Below are positions 27,401 through 36,400 of a stretch of 64,000 nt of DNA, one piece after another (position 1 is the stretch's first letter; every line of letters begins with the position of its first letter). The stretch lies in the NCBI RefSeq assembly GCF_036588685.1, contig NC_086384.1:31062001-31126000 (forward strand), read 5' to 3'. The notes beneath the pieces are model-generated. The model was not told the DNA's origin. It did not search any database and saw only the letters and a program-made list of their open reading frames with translations. The position numbers were made by a program, and so were the translations under genes. The DNA is from Mytilus trossulus (lineage: Eukaryota).

Positions 27401-27851
27401 GTTTGATCCAGTGAAAGGCATAGTGATGTATCTTTCTTCTTTATATAAGAAGAATGTTTTGTATATTCCAACGGTCAGCAAGACCAGGTATATGTACTTG
27501 ATTGTACAATTTAAGCACCCACGTACGCGTTTTGTGCCGTGATATTGGTCGCATGGTCATGTGTGGTCTTATTAAATGCAGCAGTTGATACATACGTATC
27601 TGAAGCAAATGGAATATTCGAATTTCATTTGTTAATAATTATTGATCATATCAAACAGTTAGTATGTTTCTTTTTCAGATTGTGGACCTCCTCCTTCAAG
27701 ACCTAATGCAACAGTATTTGTAGATGAAGTGCAAAATGACATAATCGTGACTTATCAGTGTGATATTGGTTTTAATATAACTGGACTGCCTACTTTGCAG
27801 TGCGAAATGGGCACTTGGCTTATTGGCAATTTCACATGTATCTCTTTGTGA
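246..27851 (+). CDS. Multi-Sushi/CCP (SCR) domain protein, 5'-incomplete; 18 exons in window (246-413, 955-1119, 2295-2462, 3247-3417, 4528-4695, 5313-5480, 6394-6561, 7412-7579, 8100-8270, 13405-13572, 14057-14218, 15366-15533, 17106-17273, 18385-18546, 19135-19302, 25088-25258, 26928-27092, 27679-27851)
   Basis: Each internal exon is 162-171 nt with AG/GT ends, phase 1-1, and encodes C-x-x-P...Y-x-C-x-x-G...G...C...W...F-x-C. The spliced frame stays open for 3020 nt and ends at TGA 27849-27851. The start codon lies upstream of the window. Confidence 0.9.
536..577 (-). ncRNA. Degenerate minimal hammerhead ribozyme of a second family
   Basis: Minus strand: GCGTTC-CTGATCA-AGGTAAATCCA-GAAAA-GCGC-TTC^GGACGC; stem I pairs, loop 3 palindromic, but core reads CUGAUCA instead of CUGAUGA. 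Confidence 0.5.
955..1119 (+). CDS. CCP exon 2 (type b)
   Basis: ctag|AATGC...ACAC|gtgagt; CTNPPAVPNAVLHIDLLQNDTMVYYECDNGYNSVGYRYIDCFGSSWTVRRFICT. Confidence 0.9.
1074..1330 (+). repeat. Degenerate triplication of the 3' end of CCP exon 2 plus intron start
   Basis: TGTTTTGGTAGCT...TTTGTACACGT...TCACAAAAGACTGAT...TGTTGTTGAAAAACACTA at about 1077, 1193 and (partial) 1290. Confidence 0.75.
2295..2462 (+). CDS. CCP exon 3 (type c)
   Basis: tcag|CTTGT...ACCG|gtagg; CTEPPSVQNATYKIEKINNKFEVLYQCDNGLLLIGNKFINCETDVTWKYPTFICT. Confidence 0.9.
3247..3417 (+). CDS. CCP exon 4 (type d)
   Basis: gtag|ACTGT...ATTG|gtagg; CPTAPSIPNSVVDVPLIRHDEQLLTYTCINDFHLYGPNIISCQNDTSWSSIMFACI. Confidence 0.9.
4528..4695 (+). 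CDS. CCP exon 5 (type e)
   Basis: tcag|CGTGT...ACTG|gtaag; CPYPSNVTGASFKYKMEHNGMIFYYDCDEGLTLVGDSTMQCQSNTEWTPQRFICT. Confidence 0.9.
5313..5480 (+). CDS. CCP exon 6 (type a)
   Basis: tcag|AATGT...TCAG|gtata; CSHPIPLNDTSINIIEDSGTYKATYNCNGGANLIGNGVITCQNNLTWTAPLFFCS. Confidence 0.9.
6248..6291 (+). ncRNA. Minimal type I hammerhead ribozyme within a retrozyme/pLTR-like repeat (about 6050-6330)
   Basis: GCGTCA-CTGATGA-GTCT(tttgt)AGAC-GAAAC-GCGC-GTC^TGTCGT: intact core, 4-bp stem II, palindromic loop 3. Confidence 0.8.
6394..6561 (+). CDS. CCP exon 7 (type b)
   Basis: ttag|AGTGT...ACAC|gtaag; CSDPPVIPHGNLHIDLIQTDQLVYYDCNEGFNFYGETYIKCQNDDTWTNPKFVCT. Confidence 0.9.
7412..7579 (+). CDS. CCP exon 8 (type c)
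   Basis: gcag|CCTGC...ACAG|gtatg; CIEPPSVQNASYKIENINSNYEVLYECDGGLLLIGNKFINCQLNGTWTYPTLLCT. Confidence 0.9.
8100..8270 (+). CDS. CCP exon 9 (type d)
   Basis: tcag|AGTGT...ATTG|gtaag; CPAAPSVQNAAVNVDLIRHDDSKLTYQCLSNFNMYGAHVIDCNINYTWTPTVFACI. Confidence 0.9.
8808..11320 (+). mobile_element. Decayed, 5'-truncated Penelope-like retroelement (RT at about 8808-10171; probably Naiad-type) with repetitive 3' tail
   Basis: One frame with stops at 8908, 9280, 9481, 9946 and 9955 plus a frameshift near 10085. Motifs PADKASNN, YWIPKLHK, FDFSTLYT, GIPMGTNCAPLLADL, FRYIDD, FLDL. ORF ends at TAG 10169-10171 with no GIY-YIG after it. Confidence 0.85.
13405..13572 (+). CDS. CCP exon 10 (type e)
   Basis: tcag|AATGT...AGTA|gtatg; CVNPGNVTNAVFTFVIENGHMIFYYECEDELHLIGDNSLQCQSTSDWTQQKFACS. 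Confidence 0.9.
14057..14218 (+). CDS. CCP exon 11 (type a)
   Basis: atag|CATGT...AGTG|gtaag; CPQPDHISQTSVIVEVSQYNRIVKYQCENGTIGAGNITCQSDLTWTAPYFTCS. Confidence 0.9.
15366..15533 (+). CDS. CCP exon 12
   Basis: gtag|GATGT...ACTT|gtaag; CPDPTEIAAAIYSFKTTLDITYLTYECEHGLNLVGNGSFECQNDKTWSQQKFVCT. Confidence 0.88.
16017..16318. repeat. Hairpin-containing dispersed repeat; second partial copy at about 38375-38605
   Basis: Shared TAATAATTCAATTTTG..GCGTCTT..GCTGACGTT..TAGTCATGTGACCGTGACG; hairpin at 16173-16318. Confidence 0.7.
17106..17273 (+). CDS. CCP exon 13 (c-like)
   Basis: tcag|CATGT...ACAC|gttag; CSEPTNIMNAMYTVEQLNSTYAVIYNCNDGFNLLGNSVIECQSDGSWTDFHFICT. Confidence 0.88.
17887..18331. mobile_element. 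MITE
   Basis: TIRs CAGCTACTTTTGCATAGG / CCTATGCACAAGTAGCTG with internal AGTACT-rich inverted repeats. Confidence 0.6.
18385..18546 (+). CDS. CCP exon 14
   Basis: tcag|AATGT...ACAG|gtaag; CTDPHEIPDATFEVVHGDSNVVYECDVGLNLIGNQNIECQSDGNWTDRSFICT. Confidence 0.88.
18655..18820. mobile_element. Small MITE
   Basis: TIRs ATACACCTTATCACTA / TAGCGATAAGGTGTAT. Confidence 0.65.
19135..19302 (+). CDS. CCP exon 15 (close paralog of exon 13)
   Basis: acag|TATGC...ACAA|gttag; CSEPADVMNAMYTVEKLNSNYTVIYKCDEEFNLLGNNVIECQPDGNWTDHNFICT. Confidence 0.88.
19440..24780 (-). mobile_element. Decayed L1/Tx1-type non-LTR retrotransposon (ORF1 remnant about 24290-24780; ORF2 APE+RT from 23652 down to about 19440)
   Basis: APE: SLNVNG, ICLQETH, NVYAPN, LGDFN, SRIDY. 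RT: NWRPITLLNTDYKI, LDQQKAFD, RQGC, FADD. Post-RT WKSRDLTFTGKVLIIKS resumes below 20213. Multiple frameshifts. Confidence 0.9.
20217..21486 (+). mobile_element. Helentron-associated non-autonomous element (HINE-like) nested in the LINE
   Basis: 5' TTAGCTCACCTG..GTGAGCT, (CCGTCGT)n microsatellite, two about 479-bp internal tandem units (20311, 20790), 3' GGTGAGC plus hairpin AGGCTCTTTAGAGCCT; inserted in a T run. Confidence 0.75.
25088..25258 (+). CDS. CCP exon 16 (type d)
   Basis: tcag|ACTGT...ACAG|gtatg; CPDPPNILNAALDTAKIRHDNVNLTYICNDGYYLVGTETIACQANLTWSPSMFVCT. Confidence 0.9.
25673..25853. repeat. 45-bp minisatellite x4
   Basis: AATTTTTACACTGTAGTCAGAAGAAAGGAATCAGTAATGGTCTCA repeated four times. 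Confidence 0.9.
26453..26880 (+). mobile_element. Partial copy of the same HINE family
   Basis: Matches the internal unit (aaatcttctctgaaactactggg...atagatagagataaact). Confidence 0.7.
26928..27092 (+). CDS. CCP exon 17 (a-like)
   Basis: taag|CTTGT...TCAG|gtatg; CSYPPYIQNTTIDVEVIAGDPVVKYSCINGLTQIGFEYTVCANKTWTLPTFICS. Confidence 0.86.
27679..27851 (+). CDS. CCP exon 18, terminal (b-like), with stop codon
   Basis: tcag|ATTGT...; CGPPPSRPNATVFVDEVQNDIIVTYQCDIGFNITGLPTLQCEMGTWLIGNFTCISL* with no phase-1 GT donor after the last Cys. Confidence 0.86.
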
Positions 27852-28127
27852 CGAGTATCATTTATGAGATATTTTATCAGTCTTAGACAGTATTCAAGGC
27901 TATATTGATTAGAAAACATGTGATGACGACATTATCTTTAAATTAAAGATATATATGGTAGTTTGAGGGGTATCCCTCCAAAAATAGGATTTTGCGTTTG
28001 GAATCATTCGTTTTTGTTCTTGTTGTATAAGCGAAAGAACAAAAATTAATAATTCTCAGTTTTCAAAACAAAACTAGTGTTTGTTTTATATTGCATAGTA
28101 AATATGTCCTAAGTACAATACTTTTGA

Positions 28128-28133
28128 AATAAA
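28128..28133 (+). promoter_or_regulatory. Candidate polyadenylation signal of the CCP gene
   Basis: AATAAA about 280 nt after the stop codon; weak evidence given the AT-rich background. Confidence 0.3.
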
Positions 28134-29018
28134 CATCGATTTTAAGGCGTTATATCCGAGACTTTTTGTTATTATGCAACAATGTTTGTACCTTATGTAT
28201 AGCATAAGACGTTAAATCAGTTGAATCATTTTTTCTCTTTTCATTCATTTCATATAATTTCATAAAACTATCTTTGTCTTACAGTATGTATAAGATTTAA
28301 GTTAATGACAACATCTGTAATAATTCATTTTTGTTTAGAGTTAGTTTTAGTTTTGTATGAACTTTAGAATTAATACCTATGACGCTCAATGATTTCTATT
28401 TGAGTTTTTTGAACGATTTGTGAACGATGATTTAACACAGAATGCAATTAAATTGTTGATACTTTACATAAACATCTGTTCAGTACTTGTATTATATTTA
28501 TATGTTAAACTTTGCATACACATAATGAAAAAAGACATATGAGATTAATTTGAGTTCTAAATTTCCTAATTTCTATTTTAAGTCATCGTTTATGGGACAA
28601 CCTATTGTTAAACGCTTTACGTTTACTAAAAGAAATGTCTACACCTCCATTCACAGATATCCTGTGCAGTTTTAGGAACACCTGTTTAAAAAAATGTGGC
28701 TGTTAATGTACTAATGAACGTTCATTTGGTTTGGTTTGCATAGTTTTTAGATACACTGAGGCTTTCTATCCCAGCAAAATACTCGAAGAATATCACAAAC
28801 CCTGTAGTCAGCACTTCTGTGTTAACTTGAGTTATCATTGATATGTTCTTTATCATGAATTAACTGTTAACAAAATATTGAATTTTTGAAATACTCAGGA
28901 TTTTCTACCTCTAGAATATATTACCTTAGCTTTATTTGTCAAAACTATTAGGAATGTGTCGTCCTCATTGCTTTTTAACTCCGTACTTAATTTGTTTTTT
29001 TAACACTTCTTTATTCGA

Positions 29019-29062
29019 GCGTCACTGATGAGTCTTTTGTAGACGAAACGATCGTCTGGCGT
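29019..29062 (+). ncRNA. Minimal type I hammerhead ribozyme (tandem copy 1)
   Basis: GCGTCA-CTGATGA-GTCT(tttgt)AGAC-GAAAC-GATC-GTC^TGGCGT; stem I fully pairs with GU wobbles. Confidence 0.82.
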
Positions 29063-29348
29063 AAATTGAAAAAATGCAAACCTGGTATCTATGTTGAGTT
29101 TATTTACAACCACTGTGTCCAATCATCAGCCCAGTAGTCAGCACTTCTGTGTTGACTTAAGTTGTCATTGATATGGCCATAATTATAAATTAACTGTTAA
29201 CAAAAGTTTGAATTTTTGAAATACGCAGGCTTTTCAACCTCATAAATGGATTACCTTAGCTGTATTTTGCAAAACTTTTAGGAATTGTTGGTTCTCAATG
29301 CTCTTCAATTTCGTACTTTATTTGGATATTTAACATCAGTATATTCGA

Positions 29349-29392
29349 GCTTCACTGATGAGTCTTTTGAAGACGAAACCTATGTATGGTGT
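29349..29392 (+). ncRNA. Minimal type I hammerhead ribozyme (tandem copy 2)
   Basis: GCTTCA-CTGATGA-GTCT(tttga)AGAC-GAAAC-CTAT-GTA^TGGTGT; core intact, loop 3 not palindromic. Confidence 0.72.
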
Positions 29393-32300
29393 AAAATAAA
29401 ATGCAATCCTGATATCTATGTTGAGCCTATTTAGCACAACTCTTTTTGTTTGGCTGGCAATGTTCTTAAAGATGGCACTCTCCAAATACGGATAAATTAC
29501 AAACCAAGACTATTCTGGGGGAAAATATAATATTCATAGACATTTTACTTAGTTTACGAACTGGATCCAAAGTAAGATCTCTTTGGTTGACATAACTTTG
29601 AAAAGTTACCAGTGTTAATGCAAATGTAAGGCAGTTAAATTGAATTCTGAGGAAAAATCAAAGTGAAGGGAGTGGTAGTGCAAAATATTAATATTAGTGT
29701 TAATGCTTAGAAGTTTGGGTCATGTAGATATTGAAAATATGCCGCGCAGCCTTATGTTTTGACCTTATAAAAAAGAAGCGTTTATGAGCTTTCCATTCTT
29801 GTTTATAATATATTTGTAAAATTCATCAACAGTTGCACAATTGAAGCCAAAAAGGGAGTTACTATGGAAAATTGCATTGACTATATACACAGAAATGCAT
29901 CATATACTTATCATTCGAATTGGTATTCGTAATGATTTGATTTGAGCGACTCTTATGAGACCTGTGTTGTAAAATTTGTAGCTTATTGTCGTTGATGAGC
30001 ATTTATAATATTCTTGGGATTGATGCAAGAACTTGAATCTACAGATAGGTACATTACATCCATTTATCAATACTTCTGTTCATCAACATTGTATTTGTCA
30101 ATAGAGAATTAAATATTGTGTTATTAAACATAATGTTTATAAATAATTTTCATACACTTTACTTTTTTTACCGTTCATGACAAAAGCAAGAAAAAATTAA
30201 TACTCCAAACGAAGCGGATTTAGCAGATAAAATCCGCTATGCAATGCAACCTTTAACAATGAACAAAATTCAGAAAAAAATGTACACAAATGACAAAATG
30301 TTAAAGAAATATATATGAGTAAATAAAAACAACGCCTGATTTGGAAGAGATAAACTATTCACAACAAATAAATATGCCAAATATCAGATAACGTCAATCA
30401 CTGACTGAATAACAGGCAACTGACTCTAGAAAGAATATAAATTTGAATATTTCAGAGTACGACATTTCATAAAACGCTTAAGTTTTTACGTAACCTGAAA
30501 CAGTGTTTAGCAGCACAATATGAGAGTAAACCATCTTCCTAAGGAAAACTTGCATTCCGGTCTATTAAGATTAGAGTCGAACAGAGTGATGACGTCTGAA
30601 GCTTTACAAATGGATGATGTCAACTAAACCACTTGAAACTCCTGCTGTAATAGATTTCTTCCTTGTGTACAATTTTGAAACGCAAGATATTATCAATATT
30701 CACAGGCTATCCTCCTGTTTGCAAATTAGAAATTAACTACTGAGGCACTATAAAATGAAACAATAACGTCATACATTATAAAAGGAAATGTTAAGCTTGT
30801 ATTTTGTGGAACGATTACAGATAAGTTTTACGAAACATATAAATCCACCAATATTGGTATTTTAACAAATAAAGACGGAGTCTTCACAGTGAATCTGTAC
30901 ACACTTTTCAGTTTTGAACCAAAAACTGATGGTTATGAAAAAACTCTATTTTGATGAGCCCTATGTAAACTTAACGTACGTCTGGCTTACAACAATATTA
31001 GTTGAGTATCTCTGATGAGTTTTGTTTCCAATCAGGATTATCTGATGTAGTTAAATCCTTTACTGTTTGAATAGGTCTGTCTGTTAAGAATTTAAGAAGA
31101 TGTAGTATGTCGTCTAGAGTGTAAATTGGTGTTATCAGCCTAAGGTCTCCATATGACCTTCAATAAAGGGAAAACGTTTACCGTATAGTTTGACTTATGC
31201 CATATGGCTTGAGAAATTAGTTATAGCAAATAAAATAACTTATTGATAACAAAACAAATACGAAAATGAAAACAAGCAGCGACCAACATCAAACAAACAA
31301 TCACACACTTGATGAAACTAACTCTAACTTAAAAAATTAAAAGCTTACAAAAGGGAATCTATGTGGAAACTTCTTCTGTAAAATTGTAAGCAGTTTTTCT
31401 TCAAATATCACATTAATTTCGGAATGAATAGGATAAGTTAGTGTGCAATAAAATGAAAATATATGCCATTCAACAGGGAGGGAACTTAAAATACAAACAT
31501 AATTCGAATAATTAAAATATAGTGTGGTAGTTTAAGGTGTTTAAACATAATTGAAAGATACTGGCGATAGTTCATATTTCCCATTGTGAAATTTTCAGTA
31601 CTTTGTTGCAACGTCCTAGCACCTGTATATGGAGAATATATCAGCGCTAAGTAATATGACAATTATGATTTAATATTGAGAATGGAAAGAGTGCATCAAA
31701 AACACAACAACCCAACCAAAACTATGTTAAGAGGATTTATATATTATATTTCAGATATACATTTTTTTTCAGATTTACGATGCCTTCAATATAGAATTGA
31801 CAAACAAGTCAAGTATGTATTGAAACATCAAGTTGAGCGCGCATCTGGCGTACAACATCATGAAAATGGTGACTTTTGGTAGCTTTATGTGTTTGTTTCT
31901 CTGTCCTATATGTTCTCATTTGTATTGTAGTCCTGTCATGTTATGTTGTCATTTTAATGTTATATTTAACATTGCCAAACACCGGGAGTTTTGGTTTGCC
32001 ACACAACCAGGTTTGATTCACCAGTTGTGTTCCTAAAATGTCCTGTACCAAGTCAGGAAAACAACATTTGTTATATTATAGTTCGTTTCTGTGTGTGTTG
32101 CATTTTGTTGTGATTTTCTGTTGTGTCGTGGTTATCCTCTTATATTTGATGTGTTCCCCTCAATTTTAGTTTGTAACCCGGATTTTTTTTTTTTTCAATC
32201 GATTTATGAATTTTGAACAGCGATATACTACTGTTGCCTTCAGAAAATAATTGATTTGGAGAAAATATCTCCAATGAGCTATGTCGGATAGAAATCGACA

Positions 32301-33251
32301 TTATGCAAGTCGCAATGTTTACCTATACCTGCATATTACACTATAACTAATGTATAATTGATTATGTAACTGACATTTAAGGTCAGTGCTGTTGCACTGT
32401 GTTTCTGTTGTTTCGTTGTTTTTCTTTCAATAAGTGATGTGCTTCCCTGTGTTTTTGTTTGTATCCCGGACAGCGGTACACTCCTTTATACAGAATATCA
32501 AAATTAAGAAAAAAAGGGTCAGCCATTTGCATTCAAAATTCTCCATTAAATACAGTTTACTTAATATAGTTGTATATAATTACACAGATTTATATCTGAC
32601 GTTCCTCACATGTTAATTTAGATATAAAATATGTATACCTGATGAGAGTGATTTAAAATACTCCTAAAACAAACCTCAAATAAAACCATTGCTACTTGAA
32701 TATATTGGAATTTGTATTTATACTGTATTTGCAATTCTAAATTTTACTTATAGATAGATAATTGCGGATTTGAACTAGAATGATCGTGAATCATACCGGA
32801 TTCCGATTTTGTTTACTGCTACATATTTGTGTAATTTAATTAAAGAAAAAATAAAGTCAACTCCCCCGATTAATTATATCAAACATTTATTCTAGTATCA
32901 ATATTGCTTATTTTTAATTATTATATATCTAATAGTTAATTATAAACTTTGCGATATGCGTGAGTTTATTCAATTCGAAATTTGTTTATGTTTTTAAATA
33001 TTTTTTACATTTACGTCAAGTATGATATGCGTGACATTCATTGCGTAGTGATCTTTAATTACCATTTATATTGATTATACGGGTAATCTAATTTTAAAAT
33101 TCGGTAATTCAAGTTGGGTTTTTATCATTCATTTGTTTAAGTGACGGATACATAACATGTTTATTTAACATGGTTTAATTTCACATGTTCAACTGTACAG
33201 TTCATAAATTTAGTTACATGTAGTACTAAATCCAATTAACTTTAAAGAAGT

Positions 33252-33422
33252 ATGAAACACTTAAAATATCTTGATGTTTACATTATTCTGACGGTTATAT
33301 TTGAATTTGTCTTGGATGTAACGGTTGTGTATGGCTTAAACGAAAGTTGGTCTTCTTATTCAAAGGATGGGACATTATGTTACTACTGTTCCCCGGGAAC
33401 TTATTTTATTGATGACTGTCTT
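33252..33422 (+). CDS. TNFR-A exon 1 (signal peptide + start of CRD1)
   Basis: MKHLKYLDVYIILTVIFEFVLDVTVVYG...LCYYCSPGTYFIDDCL|gtaagt (phase 0). Confidence 0.85.
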
Positions 33423-36400
33423 GTAAGTACAAATGTAGAATGAATGACGTTTGTGAATGTTGACACTCCACTATCTAAAGTTATTTTTACTTACAAGCGT
33501 GGATTTGTTTGTATTATATCATCACACGAATGTAAGGTAAAATTATTACCAATTGATGAAAAGTAAACCCCAAACAAACGAAGCAAAAAGACTTTAATAC
33601 TTGTTAACACTCGAAACAATAGTATTATTAATTTGGCAAGAAACGTAACTGCTTATCTCACCTAATACATTGTTGAAAAAAAAATTGATAAACTGAAGAA
33701 GTTTGCTTATTGATTATTTTTTTATTTCAATTTATTTTTATCTTGAAGACCCACAATACTCAGGCTCAGTGTAAACCATGCCCAACACAGACATTCATCA
33801 CCTCCAAGAATATCGCTATTTACTGTAAGCCTTGTACTCAATGTGACCACGTAGTTAGAAATTATTACCTCGCAATTGTGTTAGAAAAATGTACGTCTAC
33901 CTCAAATACAGTTTGTGGATGTAAACCTACACATCATTTTATTCAAGATCATGGCGGGCTCGGAAGAGGACATTGCTTCGAAAACACTAAATGTTCAGCA
34001 GGCAGTGGACTCATTAAACAAGGTAAAACCTTTTTTTTTATCAACATCGGTTTATATTACCTTTTTAAAATGGTTAAAAAATCTATTTGTATTACTTTAT
34101 ATATAATTACACAATAAATTTAATCTACCATCAATATAAGACAAAATAATTGTCAATTTAATTTTTTTCATTTCATTAATCCTTTTTAAATACACATCCC
34201 CTTTTGTTTTTTAGGAAAAACAAATATGTCATTATCTTAATGCAAAGTAACCTTTGTTTTGTTTCAGCTACTATGTTTTCGGATACAGAATGCACTGAAT
34301 GCAATTTAGGATACACATATAGCCCGTTCGATTCATACGAAAGTTGTATCCCATGTACAGAACATTGTCCAAATGGTACTCACATCAAAAATCCTTGCAA
34401 TCGTACGAACAATATCGTATGTGAAAAAGACAAAGGTAATTTAATTTGGAATACATTGTGCATTGGGTATTTTTAAATGATCGATGATTATTCTCGTGAG
34501 TTCATATAAACAAACCCAACGTTATGTATTCACCTGGTTCATTGAATACATTATACACATTTTATAATGAATGTGTATTCGAAACTATATAAGATTGAGG
34601 ATATTAAATGTATAATTCGTAGTAAATTTTACAGTCTTTTAACAAACAAACACGAGAAAGATGTATGTCTGTACTAAATCGAGAATATGACAGTTGTGTT
34701 TGCTCCATCTGTTGATTAATATTGCTTGTTTTTATGTTACGTCAAATGGATTTCCACCTTTTTGACTTGTCCAGCATTGTGGTACTTTTTTTTTTCCTTT
34801 TATTTTGTATTGTCAAAGATTTACCAATCAACACCACATTTCATATGGGAGACACCCAACTACAAGGTTTTGAGTACTTAAACAGATACGAATATTAATC
34901 TTGTTTTTCCATCTCTATAATTGACAGCAAAATGCATACTACGAAAGTGCCATAAAATCACATAAGGTATGTACTACAAAAGCAAACCATTGAAAATAAA
35001 GAAATAGGCAAAATACAACCCCATGACGATACATGAACGACAAGGTCTTAGCATTTAGACTTCGCCATAAGCTCAAATAACTGGTTATCACAGTATTTCG
35101 TCATGGGGTTACAATTTGCAATTTCGATGTAATTAAGAGTTTAATGCAACCACTGGAGAAACAGTATTCCGTTAAGTATATGTGTAAGCTGTAATCGAGA
35201 GGGAATTGTCCGCCATATATGTTTTTCGATTATTATTTAGAATAAGTAAGGTAGTAAATGTTCTCTTGTGAATTAATTTCACATTTAGCAATTCCAATGC
35301 CTTGTTTTGCTTTCATATGATATGAACTAATAATTTTGAAGACTGCACCGTTACATTGAGTTGTTTTCATTTTTTGTTGCTTCGGTCTTAATAGATCATA
35401 GTTAACACATTAGCAGCCCTTTCATTTGCATCACTAAAAAACATTTGTCTAAAGAAACTCTTAACCTTTTGATATACAGGTTTGCCAACACAGACGAATA
35501 ATACGAAAAATGATAAATTAACAATGCGGCTTGCCATTGTATGTAGTACAGTGATACCGGTGACGATTGTCATTGTCTGCTACATTGTACTTATAAAACG
35601 AAGACGGCGAGAAAGGCCATCGAATTCGTTTCAACTGTAAGTACTTTAATACTATACAGTGAATCTTCCAACAAATATGTACTGTTTATTTTACTGTATG
35701 AACAGGAATAAAATGAAAATAAAGTATAACTTGATAGCATATAGAAATATCCAAGTCGATTTGTAATAGACTTGATGTTTCAAAGAATAATATTTGATCT
35801 AGACATACTGATCAAATGAGTGTTGTTCAGAGACCTGAATAGTATAAGTATATATTTTTTTATGTGAAGCATGTCTGGATGATTATTTACAGCATTAATT
35901 GTTTAAATGTCTAAAATAGTCTAGACCTTTCTCGAATGACATTTTTATGGCTACACTAGTGCGGGGTTTTTTTTGTGACTAAAGAAAATGCCTGTACCAA
36001 GTCAGGAATAGGACAGTTGGTATCTATTCGTTTGATGTATTTGAGCTTATGATTTTGCCATTTGATTAGGGGCTATTCGTTTTGAGATTTCCTCGAATTT
36101 ATTTTGTGATTTACTTTTTTATTTGACAGTGTACGTAACACGTAACAATCAATAAAAGCATTGTATAGAATACATTATAGAATTTAAAGGACTTCATATA
36201 ATTAATTCGAATTGAGTGCGAGTGACAAATTACACAGATGCGGTATCAAAATATCAACGGTCGTACTTTTAATTACTATTGTATCACTAATTAGTATTCA
36301 TTTTGTGGGGAAAACACGAAAATTTTCATTCTAATAAAATAAAAACATAGATGTATGTTTATTAAATACGACACCTGAGTATAAAAAATATATGGCAATA

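Larger units (their letters stand above)
28800..29432 (+). repeat. Two tandem about 330-bp retrozyme/pLTR-like units
   Basis: GTAGTCAGCACTTCTGTGTT recurs at about 28804 and 29134; hammerhead cores at 29025 and 29355; related degenerate copies at about 6050, 16800, 40870 and 43015. Confidence 0.8.

Noticed and set aside
32635-32670. Additional CTGATGA hits (also about 31012, 52900, 63632) as hammerheads
   Set aside because: No properly placed stem II plus GAAA and NUH triplet.
35201-35211. NF-kB-like site GGGAATTGTCC in a TNFR-A intron (similar at about 40832)
   Set aside because: Short degenerate motifs are expected by chance; no supporting data.
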